Below, piece by piece: positions 1 through 11,389 of a DNA stretch of 60,000 bases. The position numbers and the translations under genes were made by a program. The notes beneath the pieces are model-generated. The model worked only from the letters and a program-made list of their open reading frames with translations, had not been told where the DNA came from and did no database searches. Source of the DNA: Mobula hypostoma (Eukaryota); the NCBI RefSeq assembly GCF_963921235.1, contig NC_086097.1, positions 116,004,001 through 116,064,000 on the forward strand, in the 5' to 3' direction. Position 1 is the first letter of the stretch. Every line of letters begins with the position of its first letter.

Positions 1-222
1 TTTTATGCAGAGAGTGGTGAGTGTGGGGAATGGGCTGCCGGTGACGGTGGTGGAGGTGGATACAATAGTGTCATTGAACAGACTCCTGGATAGGTACCTG
101 GAACTTAGAAAAATAGAGGGCTATGTGTAACCCTAGGTAATTTCTAAAGTAAGTTCATGTTCGGCATAACATTGTGAGCCGAAGGGCCTGTATTGTGCTG
201 TAGGTTTACTATGTTTCTATTT
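1..222 (+). mobile_element. CR1 LINE 3' end fragment (runs off window start)
   Basis: Encodes the FxQRVV...W ORF2 C-terminus, then the 3' UTR GCCGAAGGGCCTGT and a TTTCTAT-type tail; similar to the copies at 31080-31494 and 39181-40030. Confidence 0.9.
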
Positions 223-359
223 CTGGTTCTACCAGAGAGCCTTAAAAATACATCTGGCTACACTGATGCCTCTACATCAGCATCATTCTCAAATAAACTA
301 GACTAGAGGATGGTTGTTAAGTTGAATTAACAAAGAACTTCCAATTAACTCACAACGGA

Positions 360-3095
360 ATTTTCAGACGTGATCGAGGCAGAGGAATGAAAGGTGGGGA
401 GTAGCATTGCTTGTTAGGGAAAATATTACAGCAGTGCTCAGGCAGGACAGATTAGAGAGCTTGTCTACTGAGTCTTTATGGGTGGAGTTGAGAAACAGGA
501 AAGGTATGGCCACATTAGTGGGATTGTATTACAGACCACCCAATAGTCAACGAGACTTGGAAGAGCAAATCTGCAGAGAGATAGTAGGCAACTGCAGGAA
601 ACATAAAGTTGTGGTGGTAGGGGATTTTAATTTTCCATATATTGATTGGGACTCCAATACTGTTAGGGGTCTAGATGGTTTAGAGTTTGTAAAATGTGTT
701 CAGGAAAGTTTTCGAAATCAATATATAGAGGGACCAACTAGAGGGGATGCAATATTGGATCTCCTGTTAGGAAACGAGTTAGGACAGGTGATGGACATCT
801 GTGTAGGGGAGCACTTTGGTTCCAGAGATCATAACACCATTAGTTTCAACTTGACAATGGACAAGGATAGATCTGGTCCTAAGGTTGAGATTCTGAACTG
901 GAAGAAGGCCAAATTTGAAGAAATGAGAAAGGATCTAAAAAACGTGGATTGGGACAGGTTGTTCTCTGGCAAAGGTGTGATCAGTAGGTGGGAAGCCTTC
1001 AAAGGAGAAATTTTGAGAGTGCAGAGTTTGTATGTTCCTGTCAGGATTAAAGGCAAAGTGAATAGGAAAAAGGAACCTTGGTTCTCAAGGGATATTGCAA
1101 CTCTGATAAAGAAGAGGAGGGAGTTGTATGAAATGTATAGGAAACAGGGAGTAAATAAGGTGCTTGAGGAGTATAAGAAGTGCAAGAAAATACATAAGAA
1201 AGAAATCAGGAGGGCTAAAAGAAGACATGAGGTTGCCTTGGCAGTCAAAGTGAAGGATAATCCAAAGAGCTTTTACAAGTATATTAAGAGCAAAAGGATT
1301 GTAAGGAATAAAATTGGTCCTCTTGAAGATCAGAGTGGTCAGCTATGTGGGGAACCAAAGGGAATGGGGGAGATCTTAAATAGGTTTTTTGCGTCTGTAT
1401 TTACTAAGGAAACTGGCATGAAGTCTATGGAATTAAGGGAAACAAGTAGTGAGATCATGGAAACTGTACAGATTGAAAAGGAGGAGGTGCTTGCTGTCTT
1501 GAGGAAAATTAAAGTGGATAAATCCCCGAGACCTGACAGGGTGTTCCCTCGGACCTTGAAGGAGACTAGTGTTGAAATTGCAGGGGCCCTGGCAGTAATA
1601 TTTAAAATGTCGCTGTCTACAGGTGAGGTGCCGTACGATTGGAGAGTGGCACATGTTGTTCCATTGTTTAAAAAAGGATCAAAAAGTAATCCGGGAAATT
1701 ATAAACTGGTAAGTTTAATGTCGGTAGTAGGTAAGTTATTGGAGAGAGTACTAAGAGACAAAATCTACAAGCATTTGGATAGACAGGGACTTATTAGGGA
1801 GAGTCAACATGGCTTTGTGCGTGGTAGGTCATGTTTGATCAATCTGTTGGAGTTTTTCGAGGAGATTACCAGGGAAGTGGATGAAGGGAAGGCAGTGGAT
1901 ATTGTCTACATGGACTTCAGTAAGGCCTTTGACAAGGTCCCGCATGGGAGGTTAGTTAGGAAAATTCAGTCGTTAGGTATACATGGAGAGGTGGTAAATT
2001 GGATTAGACATTGGCTCAATGGAAGAAGCCAAAGAGTGGTAGTAGAGAATTGCTTCTCTGAGTGGAGGCCTGTGACTAGTGGTGTGCCACAGGGATCAGT
2101 GCTGGGTCCATTGTTATTTGTCATCTATATCAATGATCTGGATGATAATGTGGTAAATTGGATCAGCAAATTTGCTGATGATACAAAGATTGGAGGTGTA
2201 GTAGACAGTGAGGAAGGTTTTCAGAGCCTGCAGGGGGACTTGGACCAGCTGGAAAAATGGGCTGAAAAATGGCAGATGGCGTTTAATACAGACAAGTGTG
2301 AGGTATTGCACGTTGGAAGTACAAACCAAGGTAGAACATATAGGGTTAATGGTAAGCACTGAGGAGTGCAGTAGAACAGAGGGATCTGGGAATACAGATA
2401 CAAAATTCCCTGAAAGTGGCATCACAGGTAGATAGGGTCGTAAAGAGAGCTTTTGGTACATTGGCCTTCATTAATCAAAGTATTGAGTATAAGAGCTGGA
2501 ATGTTATGATGAGGTTGTATAAGGCATTGGTGAGGCTGAATCTGGAGTATTGTGTTCAGTTTTGGTCACCAAATTACAGGAAGGATATAAATAAGGTTGA
2601 AAGAGTGCAGAGAAGGTTTACAAGGATGTTGCCGGGACTTGAGAAACTCAGTTACAGAGAAAGGTTGAATAGGTTAGGACTTTATTCCCTGGAGCGTAGA
2701 AGAACGAGGGGAGATTTGATAGAGGTATATAAAATTATGATGGATATAGATAGAGTGAATGCAAGCAGGCTTTTTCCACTGAGGCAAGGAGGGAAAAAAA
2801 CCAGAGGACATAGGTTAAGGGTGAGGTGGGAAAAGTTTAAAGGGAACATTAGTGGGGGCTTCTTCACACAGAGAGTGGTGGGAGTATGGAATGAGCTGCC
2901 AGACGAGGTGGTAAATGCGGGTTCTTTTTTAACATTTAAGAATAAATTGGACAGATACATGGATGGGAGGTGTATGGAGAGATATGGTCCGTGTGCAGGT
3001 CAGTGGGACTAGGCAGAAAATGGTTCGGCACAGCCAAGAAGGGCCAAAAGGCCTGTTTCTGTGCTGTAGTTTTTCTATGGTTCTATGGTTCTATG
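360..3095 (+). mobile_element. 5'-truncated young CR1 LINE
   Basis: Begins inside the APE endonuclease (FRRDRG..KGGGVALLV) and ends in a (TTCTATGG)n tail at 3073-3095. Confidence 0.95.
407..3012 (+). pseudogene. CR1 ORF2 (partial endonuclease plus reverse transcriptase), one frameshift
   Basis: Motifs YYRPP, VGDFN, DHN, QHGF, DFSKAFDKV, GVPQGSVLGP and KFADD. A 1-nt deletion near 2356 (GGTAAGCACTGA instead of GGTAAGGCACTG) links ORFs 407-2362 and 2416-3012. Confidence 0.93.
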
Positions 3096-3677
3096 ACACA
3101 CCCTTCCTCTATGAGTGTTAATATATGTCGGCGGGAAGACAGGTTTTATAGAAAAGCAAACTTGTTCGACAGATCTCACTATGATTGTTGCAATATGCAC
3201 AGAACATTAATTCTCATGCTGTCCTCGTTAAAGTGATCTAAACTAAAACAACATCCTTTCTTTAACAATGAAAAGCAGAAAAATATCAAAATAACTGTCC
3301 ACTCTCTTTCAGAAAATTCCTTCAGCGAGTATGGTCAAAGGACTGAACTTACAGATTTTGTCTGTTCCAGCATGAGGCTCCGCCTACTATTTTGAGCAAG
3401 TGACATTTGTGTGTCTGATATCAGCCTGAAGTTGGCTTCATCTTCACAACATCTACAACTCTCAGTAATGGCAGGTCTTTGGCACCTCTGAGGCTGCATT
3501 CTTCTAACTAGCTCCAGGACCACATCATGGTGTACCTTTACAAATCCTACCTGCTGAACAGCACAAGTTCCAAATCTAGATAGAGACATAGAAACATAGA
3601 AAATAGGTGCAGGAGTAGGCCATTCGGCCCTTCGAGCCTGCACCGCCATTTATTATGATCATGGCTGATCATCCAAC

Positions 3678-6600
3678 TCAGAACCCTGCACCAGCCTTCC
3701 CTCCATACCCCCTGATCCCTGTAGCCACAAGGGCCATATCTAACTCCCTCTTAAATATAGCCAATGAACTGGCCTCAACTGTTTCCTGTGGCAGAGAGTT
3801 CCACAGATTCACCACTCTCTGTGTGAAGAAGTTTTTCCTAATCTCAGTCCTAAAAGGCTTCCCCCTTATCCTCAAACTGTGACCCCTCGTTCTGGACTTC
3901 CCCAACATCGGGAACAATCTTCCTGCTTCTAGCCTGTCCAATCCCTTTAGGATCTTATACGTTTCAATCAGATCCCCCCTCAATCTTCTAAATTCCAATG
4001 AGTACAAGCCTAGTTCATCCAGTCTTTCTTCATATGAAAGTCCTGCCATCCCAGGAATCAATCTGGTGAACCTTATTTGTACTCCCTCTATGGCAAGGAT
4101 GTCTTTCCTCAGATTAGGGGACCAAAACTGCACACAATACTCCAGGTGTGGTCTCACCAAGGCCTTGTACAACAGCAGTAGTACCTCCCTGCTCCTGTAC
4201 TCGAATCCTCTCGCTATAAATGCCAACATACCATTCGCCTTTTTCACCGCCTGCTGTACCTGCATGCCCACTTTCAATGACTGGTGTATGATGACACCCA
4301 GATCTCGTTGCACCTCCCCTTTTCCTAATCGGCCACCATTCAGATAATAATCTGTTTTCCTATTTTTGCCACCAAAGTGGATAACTTCACATTTATCCAC
4401 ATTAAATTGCATCTGCCATGAATTTGCCCACTCACCCAACCTATCCAAGTCACCCTGCATCCTCTTAGCATCCTCCTCACAGCTAACACTGCCGCCCAGC
4501 TTTGTGTCATCCGCAAACTTGGAGATGCTGCATTTAATTCCCTCATCCAAGTCATTAATATATGTTGTAAGCAACTGGGGTCCCAGCACTGAGCGTTGCG
4601 GTACCCCACTAGTCACTGCCTGCCATTCTGAAAAGGTCTTGTTTATTCCCACTCTTTGCTTCCTGTCTGCTAACCAATTCTCCATCCACATCAATACCTG
4701 ACCCCCAATACCGTGTGCTTTAAGTTTGCACACTAATCCCCTGTGTGGGACCTTGTCAAAAGCCTTTTGAAAATCCAAATATACCACATCCACTGGTTCT
4801 CCCCTATCCACTCTACTAGTTACATCCTCAAAAAATTCTATGAGATTCGTCAGACATGATTTTCCTTTCACAAATCCATGCTGACTTTGTCCGATGATTT
4901 CACCGCTTTCCAAATGTGCTGTTATCACATCTTTGATAACTGACTCCAGCAGTTTCCCCACCACCAACGTTAGGCTAACCGGTCTATAATTCCCCGGTTT
5001 CTCTCTCCCTCCTTTTTTAAAAAGAGGGGTTACATTAGCCACTCTCCAATCCTCAGGAACTAGTCCAGAATCTAACGAGTTTTGAAAAATTATCACTAAT
5101 GCATCCACTATTTCTTGGGCTACTTCCTTAAGCACTCTGGGATGCAGACCATCTGGCCCTGGGGATTTATCTGCCTTTAATCCCTTCAATTTACCTAACA
5201 CTACTTCCCTACTAACATGTATTTCGCACAGTTCCTCCATCTCACTGGACCCTCTGTCCCCTATATTTCTGGAAGATTATTTATGTCCTCCTTAGTGAAG
5301 ACAGAACCAAAGTAATTATTCAATTGGTCTGCCATGTTCTTGCTCCCCATAATCAATTCATCTGTTTCTGTCTGTAGGGGACCTACATTTGTCTTTACCA
5401 GTCTTTTCCTTTTTTAAATATCTATAAAAGCTTTTACAGTCAGTTTTTATGTTCCCTGCCAGTTTTCACTCATAATCTTTTTTCCCCTTCCTAATTAAGC
5501 CCTTTGTCCTCCTCTGCTGAACTCTGAATTTCTCCCAGTCCTCAGGTGAGCCACTTTTTCTGGCTAATTTGTACGCTTCTTCTTTGGAATTGATACTATC
5601 CCTAATTTCTCTTGTCAGCCGCGGGTGCACTACCTTCCTTGATTTATTCTTTTGCCAAACTGGCATGAACAATTGTTGTAGTTCATCCATGCAATCTTTA
5701 AATGCTTGCCATTGCATATCCACCGTCAATCCTTTAAGTGTCATTTGCCAGTCTATCTTAGCTAATTCACGTCTCATACCTTCAAAGTTATCCCTCTTTA
5801 AGTTCAGAACCTTTGTTTCTGAATTAACTATGTCACTCTCCATCTTAATGAAGAATTCCACCATATTATGGTCACTCTTACCCAAGGGGCCTCTCACGAC
5901 AAGATTGCTAATTAACCCTTCCTCATTGCTCAAAACCCAGTCTAGAATAGCCTTCTCTCTGGTTGGCTCCTCGACATGTTGGTTGAAAAAACCATCCCGC
6001 ATACATTCCAAGAAATCCTCTTCCTCAGCACCTTTACCAATTTGGTTCACCCAATCTACATGTAGATTGAAGTCACCCATTATAACTGCTGTTCTTTTAT
6101 TGCACACATTTCTAATTTCCTGTTTAATACCATCTCCGACCTCACTACTACTGTTAGGTGGCCTGTACACAACTCCCACCAGCGTTTTCTGCCCCTTAGT
6201 GTTATGCAGCTCTACCCATATCGATTCCACATCTTCCCGGCTTATGTCCTTCCTTTCCATTGCGTTAATCTCATCTTTAACCAGCAACGCCACCCCACCT
6301 CCTTTTCTTTCATGTCTATCCCTCCTGAATATTGAATATCCTTGAACGTTGAGCTCCCATCCTTGGTCACCCTGGAGCCATGTCTCTGTGATCCCAACTA
6401 TATCATAATCATTAATAACAATCTGCACTTTCAATTCATCCACCTTGTTACGAATGCTCCTTGCATTGACACACAAAGCCTTCAGGCGCTCTTTTACAAC
6501 TCTCTTAGCCCTTATACAATTATGTTGAAAAGTGGCCCTTTTTGATGCTTGCCCTGGACTTGTCGGCCTGCCACTTTTACTTTTCTCTTTACTACTTTTT

Positions 6601-6710
6601 GCTTCTACCCTCACTTTACACCCCTCTGTCTCTCTGCACTGGTTCCCAGCCCCCTGTTGTGAACTAACCTCCTCACGCCTAGCCTCTTTAATTTGATTCC
6701 CACCCCCCAA
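3678..6710 (-). pseudogene. CR1 ORF2 (APE endonuclease plus RT), disabled
   Basis: Motifs NARS, ITETW, MGDFN, SDH and KFADD. Premature TGA at 5466-5468, an extra A near 5411 and a compensating 1-nt loss near 5264. Confidence 0.93.
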
Positions 6711-6715
6711 CCATT

Positions 6716-7643
6716 CTAGTTTAAAGTCACCTCAGTAGCCCCCGCTAATCTCCCTGCCAGGATATTGGTCCCCCTAGGATTCAAGTGTAATCCATCCTTT
6801 TTGTACAGGTCACGCCTGCGCCACAAGAGGTCCCAATGATTCAAAAACTTGAATCCCTGCCCCCTGCTCCAATCCCTCAGACACGCATTTATCCTCCACC
6901 TCATCGCATTCCTACTCTCACTGTCACATGGCACAGGCAGTAATCCTGAGATTTCTACCTTTGCAGTCCTTTTCTCAACTCCCTTCCTAGCTCCCTATAT
7001 TCTCCTTTCAGGACCTCTTCCCTTTTCCTGCCTATGTCATTGGTACCTATATGTACCACGACCTCTGGCTCCTCACCCTCCCACTTCAGGATATCTTGAA
7101 CACGATCAGAAATATAGCGGACCCTGGCACCAGGGAGGCAAACTACCATCCGGGTCTCTAGACTGCGTCGACAGAATCGCCTATCTGACCTCCTTACTAT
7201 CGAGTCCCCTATCACAACTGCCCTCCTCTTCCTTTCCCTACCCTTCTGAGCTACAGGGCCGGACTCTGTGCCGGAGGCACAGCCACTGTCGCTTCCCCCC
7301 AGGTAAGCTGTCCCCCCCAACAGTAGTCAAACAGGAGTACCTATTGTCAAGGGGCACAGCCACCGGGGTACTCTCTATTACCTGACTCTTCCACTTCCCC
7401 CTCCTAACTGTGACCGACTTGTCTGCCTCCCGTGGCCCCGGCGTGACCACCTGCCTGTAACTCCTCTCTATCAACTCCTCACTCTCCCTGACCAGACGAA
7501 GGTCATTGAGCTGCAGCTCCAGTTCCGTAACACGGTCCCTTAGGATCTGCATCTCGACGCACCTGGCACAGATGTAGACGTCCGGGAGACTCCAGGGCCT
7601 CCCACATCCAACACCGAGAACAACAAACTGCCCTCACACTCAT
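6716..7643 (-). pseudogene. CR1 ORF1: CxxC zinc finger, coiled coil and SGNH/GDSL esterase; frameshifted
   Basis: ATG at 7643 gives MSVRAVCCSRC...YICARC, then a heptad-like stretch LRDRVTELELQLNDL, then esterase blocks VIGDSIV, HIGTND and DGLHLN spread over several frames. Confidence 0.88.
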
Positions 7644-7798
7644 ACTGCCCCTCTCCTCAAATAACAACAGAAAATGAATACCAACCTTCCTTGCCTCGCC
7701 CGTTTCCGCCGTAAGCCCGTTGAGCCGAAGCCCTTAAGCCTTCACTCTGCTCCCAACTCACTCCGCCGCCCGCAAACCACGCTGCCCGCTGTATGAGG

Positions 7799-8044
7799 CT
7801 CTGCCCTTTTAAATCTGCCGCGCTGCACTGCCTGACATCACACGCCTGTGCAGTCCCGCTTCTCTGAACGCCGCTGGAGAAAAAAAAACGAAAATTTCAA
7901 AAATATCTTCCTTCGCACTCCCGCTCCGACTCTCAGACTTCCTTCTTCGAATCAAACCCGAAGCAGGATCTCTGCGCTTTTAAATCTGCCGCGCTGCACT
8001 GCCCGACGTCACACGCCTGCGCAGTCCCGCCTCTCTGAACGCCG
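7799..8044 (-). promoter_or_regulatory. Duplicated 75-bp promoter-like monomer in the CR1 5' UTR
   Basis: Direct repeats at 7799-7873 and 7970-8044. On the minus strand the outer copy reads GGCGGG, TGCGCAGGCG, TGACGTC, ATTTAAAAG. Confidence 0.6.
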
Positions 8045-9399
8045 ATATGACCTGTTTCTTGTTCACTGTTATTAATTCACATTTTTCTTAATTTGTTCGG
8101 TTCACCACCTTCAAAACGCATCATGAAAATCATGAAAATGTAGTCATGAAACCCTAAAATATGTTATATATTTTTTTTCAATTTAGCATAGTAGTTGCAA
8201 AGGACTGATTACCTTGAGATTAATGTTTTGATTTGGTAGGACACTTGTAGTACTTCTAAATAGGTTTAGACCCCGTATCTTATAAAGGATGAGCTGGCAT
8301 TGGAGAGGATCGAGACAAGATTTATGTGTGATTGATATTGACTGTCCAGGGCCTAGGGGTCTTTTTGCCAAGGTCAGCTTTCTTCCACAACAGCTGACAC
8401 TTCCAGTGATCAAAGAATTGTTTTAGAGTAAGTTAAGCTCCCAACTAATATTACTTGCTCAGCTTCATGTCACAAACAAGAACCAGTCTTCAGTTTTTAA
8501 TGTAAATTGCAAGCAATAATCAATCTAAAGTTGAAAGGACAACTTTACAAACATATAGCCCTGTCAATATAGCACAGAGTGTGGGGCTGGTTGCTCGAGT
8601 GATGCAGTGTAATACAATGGGATTATGTTAATCGGGCCTGCATCAAACTAAGCAACATGGGCTAACTTATTTAGTTCAGTGAATCAACAGACCAGACTGA
8701 TACTATCACTTAGCACATCAATTGCTGATCCATTAATAGCTGGGGGATTTATGTACTTAGGCAATCAGTCCTCACAGCATTACTTTTGAGTGCCTGGGTT
8801 TTCTACCCCCCAGAAGATTTAGACCATCAGTGTGAGGTCACTAAGAAAGGGAACAAAAAAACAGTATAAATGTAAGAGAACAGTTGTCCTTCCAGGAATA
8901 GTGAAGAAATGACATGAAGATTAACGGAAAGGTAGGATGAATAGAATTCATTCCTCAGCCTTCGCTTTCTGCGATGAACGACTCATTCGTCTGCAACTTG
9001 TTGGTATATCTTTTTAGCTTATGGGAATTATACCTGTGTTTTAGAAATCCTTTTTGTTTTAGAAATTGTTTGTAATTTGGAAATCTTTTATAAGATAGAA
9101 ATTCTCTGAATTTTAAATGTGTTTTAAGAATTTTATCTAAATTTAAATGTGTTTTCTAGCTGAAAGTATCTCCTCCTTGGAAGGAAGAAGGGACCCACTG
9201 CTCAAATAGTGGATATTGGCAGCTAAACTTGCCTTGGAGCATAAACAAGGAAGTCATCTGGCCTTTAAAGATTAGGTGGCTACAGTATAACTTCCCTTTA
9301 GCGAGGGTACCCAGAGCTATCTATTTCAGATAGAGCTTAGGATCTTTCTTTGAATTCAGAACTTCATAGACGGCAAACCCAACAGCATGACACATGAAT

Positions 9400-9825
9400 A
9401 TGATCTCGGGAATGAAATGGTTAATGTTTGATGACTCTGGGCCTGTACTCACTGGTGTTTAGAGGAATGAGGGTGGAATGAGGGTGGATCTCACTGAAAC
9501 CTATCAAATATTGAAAGACCTAGATAGAGTGGACATGGAGAGGATGTTTCCTATAGTGGGGGAGTCAAGGATGAGAGGGCACAACCTCAGAATACAAGGA
9601 CATCCCTTTTGTAGAAGAGATGAGGAGGAATTTCTTTAGCTAGAGAGTGGTGAATCTGTGGAATTCATTGCCACAGGTGGCTGTGAAGTCATTGCATATA
9701 TTTAAAGTGGAGGCTAATGGATTCGTGATTAGTAAGGGTGTCATGGTTTCAGGGAGAAAGCAGGTGATGGAGTGTTGAGAGGAAAAATAAATCAGCCAAT
9801 TGGAATGTCAGAGCAGACGTCAGGG
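9400..9825 (+). mobile_element. Decayed CR1 3' fragment
   Basis: LGLYSL...DLTETYQILK...FFSxRVVNLWNSLP remnants. Confidence 0.85.
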
Positions 9826-9834
9826 ACGTTTGTC

Positions 9835-10055
9835 TATTTCCCTCTCTTTGACTCCTTCCAACGATATCCCCACAGCTAAGACATTTTCCCTAATGAGTAA
9901 TGCCTCTCCTCCCTCTTTAATACCTCCCACGCTATCATGTCTAAAACGACAGAACTCTGGAACACTGAGCTGTCAGTCCTACCCCTCCTGCAACCATGTC
10001 TTACTAATAACTGCAATATCAGAATTCCATTTGCTGATCCATGCTCGAAGCTCAC
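9835..10055 (-). mobile_element. Decayed CR1 endonuclease fragment
   Basis: Minus strand reads ELRAWISKWNSDIAVISKTWLQEG...FRHD..GG.ALLIREN. Confidence 0.75.
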
Positions 10056-10121
10056 AAGCCAATCCCATTTTGTTAACTGAGTATAACTCTAATGAACTGC
10101 ATTTGCAGAGGTGCCACCTAA

Positions 10122-10285
10122 TTTAGATTCAGATTTATTTACCACATGTACAGTACATCAAAAACATAATTTTTGTGAAATGTGTCGTTTATCTTAACAA
10201 CCAACACATCTAAAGGTGTGCTGGGAACAGCCTGCACATGTCGCCACATATTCTGGCACCAACATAGCATGCCCACAATGTTCAT
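10122..10285 (-). mobile_element. 3' part of a SINE
   Basis: Reverse complement resembles 25390-25555 (TGTGGGCATG...GTTGGTTGTT...ACATGTG..AAATAAA). Confidence 0.7.
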
Positions 10286-11389
10286 TATTGACTGCATCAA
10301 AGCATATCGGCATAATATGGAAAATAACCGCAGAGATGGACGCAAGGGGTGGAAAAATACTATAGCTCCAGCCATGTGTAACGTATAGATTAGAAAAGTC
10401 TGTTTCATAATACTTTTCTTTTAAGAAGAATGAACCGTGCAATAAAATTAATGCCATCCTAATTATTTCTCATGTTGAAGCTTTCTTGTTGGATTTTTGA
10501 TTTCAGATCAATTGTACACTGAGAAGTGGGAAATGTGGTTGATCGACCGTCACTTGTGTTGGCCCATTGAAATGGAGCAGAGTGTAGGAGTGAAGCAGGG
10601 GAGGAAATCAGATGAATGTAATTGATTTTGCACAAGAGACCAGATTTGGAAGAATGCAGATATTCTGGAGAGCTTGACATATTCTGGCTGAGTATAGTGC
10701 AGAGATAGAGAGATGTAGGTTCATGAAGGAATTTGAAAGCTAGAATGAGTATTTTATAATCAAAACTTCTCTTAACTGGCTGTCGTGTCCATCTTTGAAG
10801 GGTGACGAGGGCTTCTAGACTGGTTATTTAATCTAAGATGGTTCTTTCACTCCTGCCTTTATCTGATCCTTTGGTTTTTGCCTATTTTTTTACAAAAAAT
10901 ATAAATATTCTGGAAATTAGTACCCAACATTGGTCACTAGAGTAACCAGAATCAAAATATTTTTATTTAACCCTTTACCCATAGTTGATGAATAATTTAT
11001 GCTATCAGAAATAAGATCATTAATTTTAACTTCTTTCCATATACATTTATGTAGTGTTCTGATACTAATTTTAAACTTTTCCCAATGACACCCCACTGCA
11101 AAACACCTTTAGCTATTTTAATTTTTTTGCATTACCCTCACTTAATGCCATCTTCCTCTTCATCATTTCAAACCTGTCTACCTAATTTAAGAGTAGATTC
11201 TGTTAATTCATTTGCCTGATTAGAGAGGAGTTCATACAAACAGAGGAACTTTCTTTTCCTCAGCACTAACAACTGTACAATGTTCATTTATTATGCAAGT
11301 ATAACAGCCCTGTATTGGTTCCAGGCTAGCAACAATTATTTTGATTTTGGATTAGTTTTGTTATTTCTTCAGCAAAGATTTCGACAGTT

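Larger units (their letters stand above)
3586..8044 (-). mobile_element. Near full-length CR1 LINE (5' UTR, ORF1, ORF2, 3' UTR, tail)
   Basis: CpG-rich 5' UTR at about 7650-8044, then ORF1, ORF2 and a (TTTCTATG)n tail at about 3586-3602. Confidence 0.95.

Noticed and set aside
407..2362. 651-aa ORF as an active or domesticated RT gene
   Set aside because: The endonuclease is N-terminally truncated, the C-terminus is frameshifted, and it sits in an ordinary tailed CR1 copy.
5569..6345. 258-aa plus-strand ORF (likewise 829-1248, 4366-4701 and 6849-7385)
   Set aside because: Antisense shadows of CR1 ORFs with no independent motifs.
9160..9275. AG...GT-bounded open frame LKVSPPWKEEG..
   Set aside because: Weak donor and unrecognised peptide; expected by chance.
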